The notes: generated from the letters alone by a model not told the origin. A DNA stretch of 49,751 nt from Patescibacteria group bacterium (GCA_038065475.1 JBBTQY010000006.1:1-49751), one strand, 5' to 3'. Counted from the stretch's first letter, positions 18,746-28,473 are shown. Program-made: numbers and translations.

Positions 18746-21172
18746 ATGAACAGCAAATCAATGGATATCTACGAAAGCGATATCGTATCGGATGATATTG
18801 ATGTCAGCAGCGATGGTCTTGATGGGGAGGAGTCGATCCTATCAAAGATAGGAAGATGGGTATTTTACGCCTTTCTCCTCTTATTTCCTCTTTGGTTCTT
18901 GCCAGGCACGATTAGTCCCATCGAGATCAATAAATCGTTTCTCGCAGGCATAACACTCTCAACTTCCCTCATGCTTCTTATAGGAGGTATGTTGCAAGAG
19001 GGTGTCATCCGGTTTCCGCGTGCACGATTTTTCTGGGCTGCAATCGCCTTTATAGCGGTATGGACAGTGGCGGCATTATTTTCCTCAAGTCCCATTCAAT
19101 CCCTTTGGGGGGTTGGGAGTGAGTCACTTGGCTGGATACAGATTGTTGTCGCTACCATTGCGCTTTTTGTCTCGCCACTCGCACTTCGTGATATCCGCCA
19201 CGTGCATCGTGCACTTCTTTTGTTTGCTGTTGCTGTCGTTGTGCAAACACTCTTTTTCTTTGTTCAGAGTGTCGGAGGAATAGATGTATTTTCGTGGGAG
19301 TTTGCTCAAGCTCGTTCTTTTAATCTCTTTGGTTCTTGGAACGCCCTCTCTACTTTCTTTGGTTTGAGTGTAGCGCTCTTTCTACCATTTGTTGGTCTGC
19401 GCTTTTGGGCGTCATATGCGGCTCTCGGTTGTGCTGTGCTCGGTATGTTTTTTGCTAATTTCCCCACCACGTGGGTTGTCTTGGGTATTGTCGCGCTATT
19501 TTTTGTAGCGCTCTCGCTTTCTCATCGCGAACAGAAAACGCCGCTTTTCGGGCTCGCTCTCGTGCTTCTCATTCTCTCTGTTCTTTTTGTTTTACTGACC
19601 GGCACGCTCGCAAGCTTGTTTGAAGGCGCTGACAATTTCGGTAAGACTCAAGAAGTAATTCCTGCATTTAGCAATACGGTTGAGATTACTAAAAAGGGTC
19701 TTGCGGAATCGCCCATTCTCGGCACCGGGCCAAATACGTTTGGTTTTCTGTGGGACAAGTTTAAAGATCCGGCAGTGAACACGACAATATTTTGGCAGAC
19801 GCGGTTCACTTCGGGCTTTAGTACGTTTCTCCAACTTGTTCTTGAAGGAGGCATCTTGGGTACTATCGCATTCGCCGTGCTTATCGGATTGTTTCTTGCC
19901 AATGGCGTGCATGCACTCTCGCGCATGACGGGACCCGAGAGCGTTTATGTTCGCGGAACGTTTGCGGCATCTCTGTATCTTGTGTTGATGTGGTTTTTAT
20001 ACCCGCTCTCCGGCGCCCTGGTTCTCCTCACTTTTGTTTTTCTCGGGCTGTTCTACGCAGCCCTCAGAGATGTAGGAGTTATCTCCGCTGGTAGCATCAG
20101 CCTTTTTGAGACAAAAGAGCGTGGCTTCATCTTCTCGCTCATTCTTATCTTTGCGTTGGTCTCGAGTGTCGCGGGTATTTATTTCCAGACGGTACGATAT
20201 CTCGGCTCTGTAGCATTTGCGCGAGGTGTTGATGTTTTCAATCGCGAGGGAGCTGTCAATACGGCCATGAATAACATACGAAACGCCATCGAGCTTGATC
20301 GCTACCAAGATCGTTACTATCGAACAGCAGCTCAGCTCCAATATGTAAAAATGACGCGTATTCTCAATCAAGAAAGTGCCGAGCGAGAAAAACAGTTCGA
20401 AGAATTCCGCATCGCTTATAATGCTGGTCGCACAGCAGCTGAGCTTGCTCGTGACTATGGCAAGAAAGACGCACTTAATTATCGTATGTTGGGGCAAATC
20501 TATGAGCTCGCGATTCCATTTGAAGAAAGTACTTCAAAGGCTGCCATAGAAAACTATGAGACAGCTATCAGCCTGAGTCCTAATGATCCGTCGATACATG
20601 TAGATTTGGCACGCACCTATTTGGCGCTTTCCGACATCACTATTTTGCGTGGCGGGGGATCTTCTTCTCGTAAAATTGCTGGCGAGTACCAAGATAAAGC
20701 GATTGGTTATTTAAGTGACGCAACCAATCTCAAGCAAGATTATGCGCAGGCACATTTTACGCTCTCGCGCCTGTATCTTGACAGAGGCCAGCTCGACGAA
20801 GCGATAGGGCGCGGTGAGGCGGCTGTCATACTCGCGCCGGACAATGTCGGCGCACTTTTCCAGCTCGGATTCCTCTATTACCAAAAAGAGAATTTTGATG
20901 CGGCCGAGCGAATACTCGGTGAGGTTGTACGCCTCTCACCAAATTATTCAAACGCTCGCTATTTCTTGGGGCTTATTTATGATCGCAAAGGCAATACAAT
21001 AGAAGCTCTCAAAGAATTTGAGTCAATTGCCGCGCTCAATCCTGATAATGCAGAGGTAGGGCGTATCATCGAGGCGCTTCGCACAGGTAAAAAAGCGGCA
21101 GACGTATTGGGCGAGCCGCCGCCAGAAAAACGAAAAGAGGCTCCACTTCCGGAGGAAGAACAGATAAGATAG
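18746..21172 (+). CDS. Polytopic membrane protein, O-antigen-ligase-like, with C-terminal TPRs
   Basis: Many TM helices, a PILGTGPNTF loop, and TPR motifs (YAQAHFTL, YSNARYFLGLIY). Start taken as ATG at 18746. Confidence 0.75.
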   Translation: MNSKSMDIYESDIVSDDIDVSSDGLDGEESILSKIGRWVFYAFLLLFPLWFLPGTISPIEINKSFLAGITLSTSLMLLIGGMLQEGVIRFPRARFFWAAIAFIAVWTVAALFSSSPIQSLWGVGSESLGWIQIVVATIALFVSPLALRDIRHVHRALLLFAVAVVVQTLFFFVQSVGGIDVFSWEFAQARSFNLFGSWNALSTFFGLSVALFLPFVGLRFWASYAALGCAVLGMFFANFPTTWVVLGIVALFFVALSLSHREQKTPLFGLALVLLILSVLFVLLTGTLASLFEGADNFGKTQEVIPAFSNTVEITKKGLAESPILGTGPNTFGFLWDKFKDPAVNTTIFWQTRFTSGFSTFLQLVLEGGILGTIAFAVLIGLFLANGVHALSRMTGPESVYVRGTFAASLYLVLMWFLYPLSGALVLLTFVFLGLFYAALRDVGVISAGSISLFETKERGFIFSLILIFALVSSVAGIYFQTVRYLGSVAFARGVDVFNREGAVNTAMNNIRNAIELDRYQDRYYRTAAQLQYVKMTRILNQESAEREKQFEEFRIAYNAGRTAAELARDYGKKDALNYRMLGQIYELAIPFEESTSKAAIENYETAISLSPNDPSIHVDLARTYLALSDITILRGGGSSSRKIAGEYQDKAIGYLSDATNLKQDYAQAHFTLSRLYLDRGQLDEAIGRGEAAVILAPDNVGALFQLGFLYYQKENFDAAERILGEVVRLSPNYSNARYFLGLIYDRKGNTIEALKEFESIAALNPDNAEVGRIIEALRTGKKAADVLGEPPPEKRKEAPLPEEEQIR

Positions 21173-21176
21173 AGGA

Positions 21177-22859
21177 GTGACACCTTCACGTTTTTTCAAA
21201 ATGGAGGCAACAGGAGTGCATCAAACGGCACTCCTGCTTGCTTTGACGAGTATTTTCAATGGTATTTTGGGATTATTGCGTGATCGGTTTTTGGCAGCCG
21301 AGTTTGGCGCTTCTCGCGCGCTCGATGTATATTATGCGGCATTTCGCATCCCCGATATATTATTTTCTCTCTCACTTTTTTTTATTGCATCGACCGCCTT
21401 TATCCCGCTCTTTATTGCGCGCCAAGAGGAGTCACCAAAAAAAGCACAGGAATTTTTTGATTCACTTGCGACAATTTTTACCAGCCTGATACTCCTTGTA
21501 ATTTTGGCGATGTATTTTTTACTCCCGAAGATTTTACCGTTTACGGTACCAGGTTTTTCTGCGTCTGAGGTCGCCTCAACTGTTCTCTTGGCGCGTGTCA
21601 TGTTGCTTTCCCCACTCTTTTTGGGTCTCTCAAGTTTGGTTTCAGGAGTCGTGCAATCTTCAAAGCGATTTTTTGCGTATGCTGTTGCGCCTATCTTTTA
21701 TAATCTCGGTATTATTCTCGGCGTACTTGTTTTCTTGCCGCAGTGGGGGCCGGCAGGGCTCGCGTGGGGTGTCGTGCTCGGTGCTTTTTTGCATCTTTTA
21801 GTTCAAATGCCCACGTTATTTCTTATCCATGCTTTCCCACGTCCTCGCATCAAGCTTTCTACGCATCCGTTTGATATTATTTCGTACTCGTTTCCTCGCG
21901 CATTCGCACTCTCACTGAGTCAGTTTTCGTATCTTATTTTGACGGCAATTGCTTCAACCTTAAGCGCTGGCGCTATTGCGATCCTTAATCTTTCTAATAA
22001 TCTTTTTACTTTGCCACTAACTATCATCGGGCTTTCATATAGTATCGCTGCGTTTCCAACTATGGCAGAGCTCGCACTCAAGGACGAAAAAGATCTTTTT
22101 TTTAGGCAATTTACCAATGCTTTGCGGCACATACTTTTTTGGACAGTGCCGATTATGATGCTGTTTATTGTATTTCGTGCGCATATCGTACGTCTCATTC
22201 TTGGTACGGGAGCTTTCGCATGGGTTGATACCCATCTTACGATTGCTAGTCTTTTTCTCTTTTCATTTGCTATTGTGACGCAGAGTGTTGTTACTCTTGC
22301 GGTACGCGCGTATTATGCTCTTGGTAAAATACGCGAGCCTATCGTTTACAATATTATTGCATTTCTCGTAACAATGGCAGTCGCATTTTTTGGAGTCTTT
22401 GTTATGAAAGAAAGTATACTGATGCGAAAGCTTTTTGCGTGGGTGCTTCATATTCGCATTGAAGATATTCCTACTGCCAGTACGGAATTTTTAGCTTTGC
22501 CTCTCGCGTATACTGTCGGATCGCTCGTCAATGCTGTTTTACTTTTGCGCAGCATCTTCCGGCTTGATGGCAAAACAACACGTCGAGCTCTAGGTCTTTC
22601 GGTGCGACGCATCGTCGGTGTAGCGCTTGCAATGGCACTTGCAGGCTACGTAACTCTTTCTTTTTTTGCTGACACGTTTCCTCTTGAGACTACGCTTGCC
22701 GTTTTTGCACACGCCACACTCGCAGGGGTTGTTTCTCTGGCGATTGGCGTTGTACTTTGTGAACGCATGGAGTTATCTGAATACGCTGAAATCAAAAAAG
22801 CTCTTTTAGGGCGCTTTTCTCGTCGTGAGGTCCTGCAGCCTGAGACTGAGCATCTGTAG
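21177..22859 (+). CDS. murJ: Lipid II flippase MurJ/MviN
   Basis: LGLLRDR..A..FGA..LDVYYAAFRIPD, APIFYNLGII and RAYYAL motifs. Confidence 0.9.
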   Translation: MTPSRFFKMEATGVHQTALLLALTSIFNGILGLLRDRFLAAEFGASRALDVYYAAFRIPDILFSLSLFFIASTAFIPLFIARQEESPKKAQEFFDSLATIFTSLILLVILAMYFLLPKILPFTVPGFSASEVASTVLLARVMLLSPLFLGLSSLVSGVVQSSKRFFAYAVAPIFYNLGIILGVLVFLPQWGPAGLAWGVVLGAFLHLLVQMPTLFLIHAFPRPRIKLSTHPFDIISYSFPRAFALSLSQFSYLILTAIASTLSAGAIAILNLSNNLFTLPLTIIGLSYSIAAFPTMAELALKDEKDLFFRQFTNALRHILFWTVPIMMLFIVFRAHIVRLILGTGAFAWVDTHLTIASLFLFSFAIVTQSVVTLAVRAYYALGKIREPIVYNIIAFLVTMAVAFFGVFVMKESILMRKLFAWVLHIRIEDIPTASTEFLALPLAYTVGSLVNAVLLLRSIFRLDGKTTRRALGLSVRRIVGVALAMALAGYVTLSFFADTFPLETTLAVFAHATLAGVVSLAIGVVLCERMELSEYAEIKKALLGRFSRREVLQPETEHL

Positions 22860-22920
22860 TATTTTAGTTTATCAACAAGGAGGTGTTGCAGAGAGACGCT
22901 TTATCTTCGACTCTTAAGGT

Positions 22921-24210
22921 ATGAGTATATATATGAAAGACTCCAGAATAAGGTTCGTCTCGATCCTCGTCATAGTATTGTCGGCTTTGTCGATTCCATC
23001 GTTTGTGTTGGGGCAGACAGCTATTGTGTGCCCAACTCCTTCAATAACGAATGATCTGAAAAAAGGGGATGGCGATACGATTGTTACGAGAAATCCAAAA
23101 ATCATCAGAACACGCGGGCAAGTCACCGCATTGCAGGATTTTCTTTGGCAATACAAAGGAAGATATGGTTGGCGCATTGATCGTATCAGAGACAAAAACG
23201 ATTTTGTAACTGGTTACTTTGGTGATGCTACCTTTGCCACTGTCAAAAATTTTCAAGATAAATATGTAGTAGGAGCGAAGGGGACTATTAATTATGGGCG
23301 AATAAATATTGATACGCGTACCGCTATACTTGGTCAATGTGGTTTTCCACAAACGCCGCCACCGCCACCTCCGCCCCCGCCAGCACCGAATCCTCCTCCA
23401 CCTCCACCAGCAACACAAAGTGGGCATACCAACGAAGAAATAGCGCTGCTTGTTTTGGCGAATGAAGCGCGTTCCAATCCTGCAGCTTTTGGATATACAA
23501 ACCCTATTGTCCCACCACTCAGATGGAGTGACGAGCTTGCGCGTGCCGCGCGGGCTCATAGTGTTGATATGGCAGAGAACAATTGCTATCAACATAATTC
23601 ATGTAACGGACAGACATGGTGGAAACGTATTCAAGCATATTATCCTGGTTGGACTGCACTCGCAGAAAATATTATTACTGTCGGAGGAATCCCCGAGTAT
23701 ATGCATCGTGATTGGATGAATAGTGCGGGGCATCGTGCGCATATTCTTTCGGGCGGTCTCGTTGACTTTGGAGCGGGCATCGCATTGGGTGAAAGTAATT
23801 TTGGCCTCATTGAATACGGTACAGAAGATTTTGGTACGCGCTCATTGCCTGCACTGACTTCGTATCCTACGCTGCCTGGCGGTACGATCCTTCCGAGGCT
23901 TGGAGGAACTCAATCGCGTGTTTTGATGGTAAATTACTATCATTACAACGGCGGCACGCCACAGGTAAAGGCTCTTGTAGGTACCTCATGCGTGAATTTA
24001 ACTCTGAAGACTGGCAATGCAGCGCACGGCACCTATTCGGTAAATCGTGCGTTTACGGGCAACGGGTGTACGCCGGTTGTTTTCGAAGCAACGCGTTCTG
24101 ATGGCCAAAAGGTTCGTTATCCGGCAACGGGTGCGATTTTGGTAGGCACTGGTGACGCGGGTGCATCATGTGCATACACGACGACAGTAACGCCGACAAT
24201 CAATTGTTGA
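22921..24210 (+). CDS. Secreted CAP (SCP) domain protein with PG-binding-like N-domain and poly-Pro linker
   Basis: Signal peptide; LQDFL..TGYFG..T..VKNFQ (PG-binding-like); PPPP linker; LARAARAHSVDM, AENI and WMNSAGHRAHIL (CAP). Confidence 0.8.
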   Translation: MSIYMKDSRIRFVSILVIVLSALSIPSFVLGQTAIVCPTPSITNDLKKGDGDTIVTRNPKIIRTRGQVTALQDFLWQYKGRYGWRIDRIRDKNDFVTGYFGDATFATVKNFQDKYVVGAKGTINYGRINIDTRTAILGQCGFPQTPPPPPPPPPAPNPPPPPPATQSGHTNEEIALLVLANEARSNPAAFGYTNPIVPPLRWSDELARAARAHSVDMAENNCYQHNSCNGQTWWKRIQAYYPGWTALAENIITVGGIPEYMHRDWMNSAGHRAHILSGGLVDFGAGIALGESNFGLIEYGTEDFGTRSLPALTSYPTLPGGTILPRLGGTQSRVLMVNYYHYNGGTPQVKALVGTSCVNLTLKTGNAAHGTYSVNRAFTGNGCTPVVFEATRSDGQKVRYPATGAILVGTGDAGASCAYTTTVTPTINC

Positions 24211-24264
24211 GCGCATTGAATCAAGAGTAGATTTTCAGCGCTGAATATACTATGATGCCCTCAC

Positions 24265-26043
24265 ATGGACCTCGGGCACATACGTAATTTTTCGATTATC
24301 GCACACATCGATCACGGCAAGTCAACTCTTGCCGATCGTTTTTTGGAGTACACGGGTACGGTAGAGAAACGCAAGATGAAAGAGCAAGTGCTCGATTCGA
24401 TGGATCTTGAGCGTGAGCGGGGAATCACGATCAAAATGCAGCCGGTACGGATGGAGACGAGTGGCTATGTGGTTAATCTTATCGATACGCCCGGCCATGT
24501 TGATTTTTCATATGAAGTATCGCGTGCGCTATTGTGTTGCGAGGGCGCGCTCTTGTTGGTAGATGCAACTCAGGGTATTGAGGCACAAACCCTTTCACAT
24601 TTTTTTGTAGCAAAAAAACTGGGTCTCACTTTTGTGCCGGTGGTCAACAAGATTGATCTGCCACATGCAAACCCACAGGCGGTTATCGCAGAGCTTTGTG
24701 AGCTTGGTGGGTTTCAACCAGAAGAAGTCTTTAAGGTATCCGCTAAAGACGGTGTTGGTGTACCCGAACTTATAAGGGGGCTTATCGAGCATGTACCACC
24801 GCCGCAAAGCAAAGAAAAATATTTACGCGCACTCGTGTTCGATTCTTTTTTTGAAAGTCACAAGGGCATTATTGCATCAGTTCGTGTGATGGACGGAGAA
24901 TTAAAAACAGGCGATTCGCTGTATCTTTTCGCACGCGGCAAACAATTTGTAGCGAAAGAAGTTGGATATTTTACGCCAACCATGAAAGCAAAAGATAAGC
25001 TGGTAGCGGGCGAGGTAGGGTACGTGGTGACTGGCATTAAAGAACCCGGCGAGGTGCGTGTGGGCGATACGATTATCGAAATGAAGCAAAAAGTATTGGG
25101 CGCAGAAGCCTTGCCTGGATACTTGGAACCAAGACCAGTGGTATGGGCTACTTTTTTCCCAACCGACCAAGGAGACTTTTTCGCACTTGGCGACGCGCTC
25201 TCAAAGCTTAAGCTCAATGATTCGTCGCTTGCGTTTGAAGAAAAATCGAGCATGGTGCTCGGGCGTGGGTACGAGTGCGGATTTTTGGGTACTTTGCATC
25301 TTGAAGTGACAGCTGAGCGATTGCGTAGAGAATTTAATCTTGATTTTGTGGTGACACATCCATCAGTGACGTATCGCGTCTGGAAGAGTGATAAACAGGA
25401 GCAAGTTTCCAATGCAGCGCTTTTTCCCAAACGCCATGAGCGCGACAAGGTAGAAGAGCTTTGGATGAAACTTGAGATCATCACGCCTCCGGATTATCTG
25501 CAGGACGTGGTGCGTACGGTAGAGGCATTCGAAGGATTGGTGGGTGATATGAAGGTTGGCACAACCCGCCGCCTCACACTCGATGCGCGTTTACCGCTAC
25601 GCCAGATGATCAGTGGGTTTTTTGATTCACTCAAGTCAGCTACCAAAGGATATGCTTCATTTCATTATGAAGAAGATAGTTGGCGGCCGGCAGATCTTGT
25701 GCGTATTGATATTGTTGTTTCGGGTGATCGGGTAGAAGCTCTTTCGCGTGTAGTGCGTACTGATGCGGGCGAGCGCGAGGCGCGGCGCATTGTCGATAAG
25801 GTCAAAGCAGCCCTTCCCCAAGAGCTCTTTGTTGTCAAAGTGCAGGGTGAGATTGAGGGGCGCATTGTGGCGTCAGCATCGATCAGTGCGATGCGCAAAG
25901 ATGTCACGGGGTATTTGTACGGCGGCGATCGCAGCCGTAAAATGAAGCTCTGGAAAAAGCAGAAAGAAGGCAAAAAACGCCTTCAAGCAGAAGGACGTGT
26001 GGCAATCGAGCCCGAGACGTACCTCAAGCTTCTCAAGATGTAG
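24265..26043 (+). CDS. lepA: Elongation factor 4
   Basis: IRNFSIIAHIDHGKSTLADR, DTPGHVDF, CGFLGTLHLE and YGGDRSRKMKL motifs. Confidence 0.97.
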   Translation: MDLGHIRNFSIIAHIDHGKSTLADRFLEYTGTVEKRKMKEQVLDSMDLERERGITIKMQPVRMETSGYVVNLIDTPGHVDFSYEVSRALLCCEGALLLVDATQGIEAQTLSHFFVAKKLGLTFVPVVNKIDLPHANPQAVIAELCELGGFQPEEVFKVSAKDGVGVPELIRGLIEHVPPPQSKEKYLRALVFDSFFESHKGIIASVRVMDGELKTGDSLYLFARGKQFVAKEVGYFTPTMKAKDKLVAGEVGYVVTGIKEPGEVRVGDTIIEMKQKVLGAEALPGYLEPRPVVWATFFPTDQGDFFALGDALSKLKLNDSSLAFEEKSSMVLGRGYECGFLGTLHLEVTAERLRREFNLDFVVTHPSVTYRVWKSDKQEQVSNAALFPKRHERDKVEELWMKLEIITPPDYLQDVVRTVEAFEGLVGDMKVGTTRRLTLDARLPLRQMISGFFDSLKSATKGYASFHYEEDSWRPADLVRIDIVVSGDRVEALSRVVRTDAGEREARRIVDKVKAALPQELFVVKVQGEIEGRIVASASISAMRKDVTGYLYGGDRSRKMKLWKKQKEGKKRLQAEGRVAIEPETYLKLLKM

Positions 26044-26047
26044 ATAT

Positions 26048-26158
26048 CTAGAAAAGTACGTCAGGGGGCACCAAAAAGAGGAGCATACTTGCCGCAACAA
26101 ACAGAGCGACTACTGTCCAGATGGTTTTTACAATCTTTTGTTTTCGCTTTCTTTGCAT
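26048..26158 (-). CDS. 36-aa single-TM microprotein (not in the ORF track)
   Basis: Translated by hand as MQRKRKQKIVKTIWTVVALFVAASMLLFLVPPDVLF. It fills the intergenic gap and has TATAAT 8 nt upstream. Confidence 0.6.
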   Translation of the reverse strand: MQRKRKQKIVKTIWTVVALFVAASMLLFLVPPDVLF

Positions 26159-26188
26159 TACACGATATTATACAAAGGTATGCGCCGT

Positions 26189-26566
26189 ATGCAAGGAAGA
26201 AAAAGAAATCAGACATCATGGCTTTGGCGAGCGGGGTTGGTGCTGGCACTTATATTCGCTGTTCTTTCCATAACACGCACCGTATTTGTTTTTTTTCAGG
26301 CGCGCACTGCTTTTCGAGAAACAACTGCGGTAGACGAGTCGATTGCCGGGCGCAAGCAGGAGATTACAGAGCTCGAAGAGCGTATAGCCAAGCTTAAGTC
26401 GGGTGAAGGCCTTGAGATGGAGGCAAGAGGTCGCCTTAATTTACAAAAACCGGACGAGCACGTGGTTGTTATTGTAGAGGATGATAAGGGGCAGGCGACT
26501 ACAACCGATAATACTCGCAGATCGTGGTGGAAGAATATGCTTGGGTGGGTTGGAGTTGCTTGGTGA
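26189..26566 (+). CDS. Septum formation initiator (FtsB/DivIC-like)
   Basis: Basic N-terminus, TM helix, coiled coil, and EARGRLNLQKPDEHVVVI motif. Start at 26180 or 26189. Confidence 0.75.
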   Translation: MQGRKRNQTSWLWRAGLVLALIFAVLSITRTVFVFFQARTAFRETTAVDESIAGRKQEITELEERIAKLKSGEGLEMEARGRLNLQKPDEHVVVIVEDDKGQATTTDNTRRSWWKNMLGWVGVAW

Positions 26567-26598
26567 CTTCACTTTTGGCAGAGTAGAGGGTATCATAC

Positions 26599-26672
26599 GC
26601 GGGCATAGTTTAGTGGCAAAATGATTGCTTCCCAAGCAATAGATGGGAGTTCGATTCTCCCTGCCCGCACCA
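26599..26672 (+). tRNA. tRNA-Gly(CCC)
   Basis: Acceptor stem GCGGGCA/TGCCCGC, anticodon arm ATTGC-TTCCCAA-GCAAT, T-loop TTCGATT, and encoded CCA. Confidence 0.95.
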
Positions 26673-26745
26673 GCCACCTTAGCTCAGTCGGTAGAGCAGT
26701 GCTTTCGTAAAGCAAAGGTCCCCGGTTCGAATCCGGGAGGTGGCT
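26673..26745 (+). tRNA. tRNA-Thr(CGT)
   Basis: Acceptor stem GCCACCT/AGGTGGC, anticodon loop TTCGTAA, T arm CCCGG-TTCGAAT-CCGGG. CCA is not encoded. Confidence 0.93.
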
Positions 26746-26849
26746 CAAAGTAATTTTATATTAAAAGCCAATTCCGGATTCGAACGGAATGCCGGGGGCA
26801 TTCCGCGGGATTTGCGTGGGGGAAATCGAATCCGGGAGGTGGCTCAAAG
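26727..26849 (+). repeat. 24-bp direct repeat of the tRNA-Thr 3' end (att-like)
   Basis: TCGAATCCGGGAGGTGGCTCAAAG occurs at both 26727-26750 and 26826-26849. Confidence 0.9.
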
Positions 26850-26850
26850 A

Positions 26851-28428
26851 TTATTTCTTGATAGAGAAAACAATAGCATTTGTATCTGCATATACACGTT
26901 CGTAGCGCATATCTCTCGAAAGATATGCAAACATGGTTGGGTTGCGTGCTTGCTCGACAAGGATATAAGAAGCATTAAAATCTTTGGTAAGCACATCATA
27001 CGTATCGACAAGCTGTGATTCTCGACATGGATAGAGTCCGCAGGTTTTTTCGGTCGTCGCATTGATTGAAAGATAGTGAAATTTCCAATAGAGTTCGGGG
27101 TTATAGGCGAATTGAAATATGGGATCCATACCGCCTATGTAGTAATTTTTTTGATTGTGGAAAAAAAGTTCAGCAAATTCGTCCCAATGTAGGTGAAAAA
27201 CAATATCACCCTCGCGTGAGTTTTCTTGCAGCCACAAGCTTGCTTTTGCCAATGCGTTGGGGTCGTGTGCTACGTACTGCGTATTGAGACTGTGCCGCCA
27301 AAGCGCAAAGGGCACCATAAAGATGAACATCATACACACAAGTACCGCGCCAGTTCTACGATATTTTTTCTCTGTAGTAAGTTTGCTATAGGCGCTTGCA
27401 ATGACAATCGTGCCAAAAGCGATCCATGGTACAAAAAATCTTATTGCTACGGTAATGGTGAAGAGGAAAAAGAGCAAAGAGAGTACGGCGCTTGTGCCAA
27501 TTAGACCCATTTCCGTCTTATGTTTTTCTTGATGTTTGCGATCAGGAAAGTCGGATATGGTGCGCACCGTAGCCCACACACTCCCTGTCCACAGTATTAA
27601 AAATAAAAACGAAGTGCGAAAAAGATCCGCAATGCTCATTGGGGAAAGTTCGATGCCGAAGACAAGAGGGGTATTGCGTAATTTTTCTATAAAGAGCTGT
27701 ACTATTTGTATGTAGGCGAGTGTGAGTCCCGCACCAAACTCAGGGCGCAATAATATCCCGACAATAATACCCGTAAGACTTGCTGCAACGGTGAGCCATG
27801 AAATGCTGATATTTGTATCTTTTGTGCGCCATACACGCAAGCGCATCGCATACTGAGTACAAAGGTAAGCTCCAACGATAAGGGGGCCAAACCAGAAATA
27901 ACTGAGATGAAAAAAAGTGATAGCAAGACCTGCAAGCAGCGCGAGTATCGTTTGGCGCCGCACAAGTCCTGAGAGGAGTACAAGACCGCCTACAAGCGAG
28001 AGAATATGCGGGCGTACCATCAAAAAATAAAAGAGCACATTGGGTACAATAAAAAAGAGTACAAAAGGCCAAAGATAGGGCAGACGCACCCGGTGGCGTT
28101 CGAGTAAGAAGCCAAAAATAATGAGAAGGAGTGATGTTAGAAAAATGCCACTAAGCTCAAGTCCCGAGAGGAGGTTTTGTGTGTATGTAAAAGGTACAAG
28201 AAGGAGGTGAAATCCATACCAGAGGTCGGCGTTATATGTGCTGATGGCGGAGAAATGCATCCAGGGAAATGAATGTGCGCCAAAACCCTGTGTGCCGTAG
28301 AGCCATGCATGGCGTATATGGTAAAGGCTGTCAGCATCCGGTATTCGCGGTGTAAGAGCCACATGAAAGATAGTGGTAAGGAGCACAATACCAATCATAA
28401 AAGCGATTCGTTGTAGCCATGTTTTCAT
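26851..28428 (-). CDS. Polytopic membrane protein, probable GT-C fold glycosyltransferase
   Basis: First loop PDADSLYHIRHA, more than 10 TM helices, RPH, and a soluble C-terminal domain (WDEFAELFFHN, GGMDP). Start taken as ATG at 28428. Confidence 0.65.
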   Translation of the reverse strand: MKTWLQRIAFMIGIVLLTTIFHVALTPRIPDADSLYHIRHAWLYGTQGFGAHSFPWMHFSAISTYNADLWYGFHLLLVPFTYTQNLLSGLELSGIFLTSLLLIIFGFLLERHRVRLPYLWPFVLFFIVPNVLFYFLMVRPHILSLVGGLVLLSGLVRRQTILALLAGLAITFFHLSYFWFGPLIVGAYLCTQYAMRLRVWRTKDTNISISWLTVAASLTGIIVGILLRPEFGAGLTLAYIQIVQLFIEKLRNTPLVFGIELSPMSIADLFRTSFLFLILWTGSVWATVRTISDFPDRKHQEKHKTEMGLIGTSAVLSLLFFLFTITVAIRFFVPWIAFGTIVIASAYSKLTTEKKYRRTGAVLVCMMFIFMVPFALWRHSLNTQYVAHDPNALAKASLWLQENSREGDIVFHLHWDEFAELFFHNQKNYYIGGMDPIFQFAYNPELYWKFHYLSINATTEKTCGLYPCRESQLVDTYDVLTKDFNASYILVEQARNPTMFAYLSRDMRYERVYADTNAIVFSIKK

Positions 28429-28473
28429 GCGAGCAGTATAGCGTGGGGGCAGTTTTCGTGCTATGGTGAGCGC

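Noticed and set aside
23353-23410. CCN-rich tandem repeat
   Set aside because: It simply encodes the poly-proline linker of the CAP protein.
26826-26849. A fourth tRNA gene
   Set aside because: Only the T-loop and 3' acceptor strand are present. The upstream sequence cannot form D or anticodon arms.
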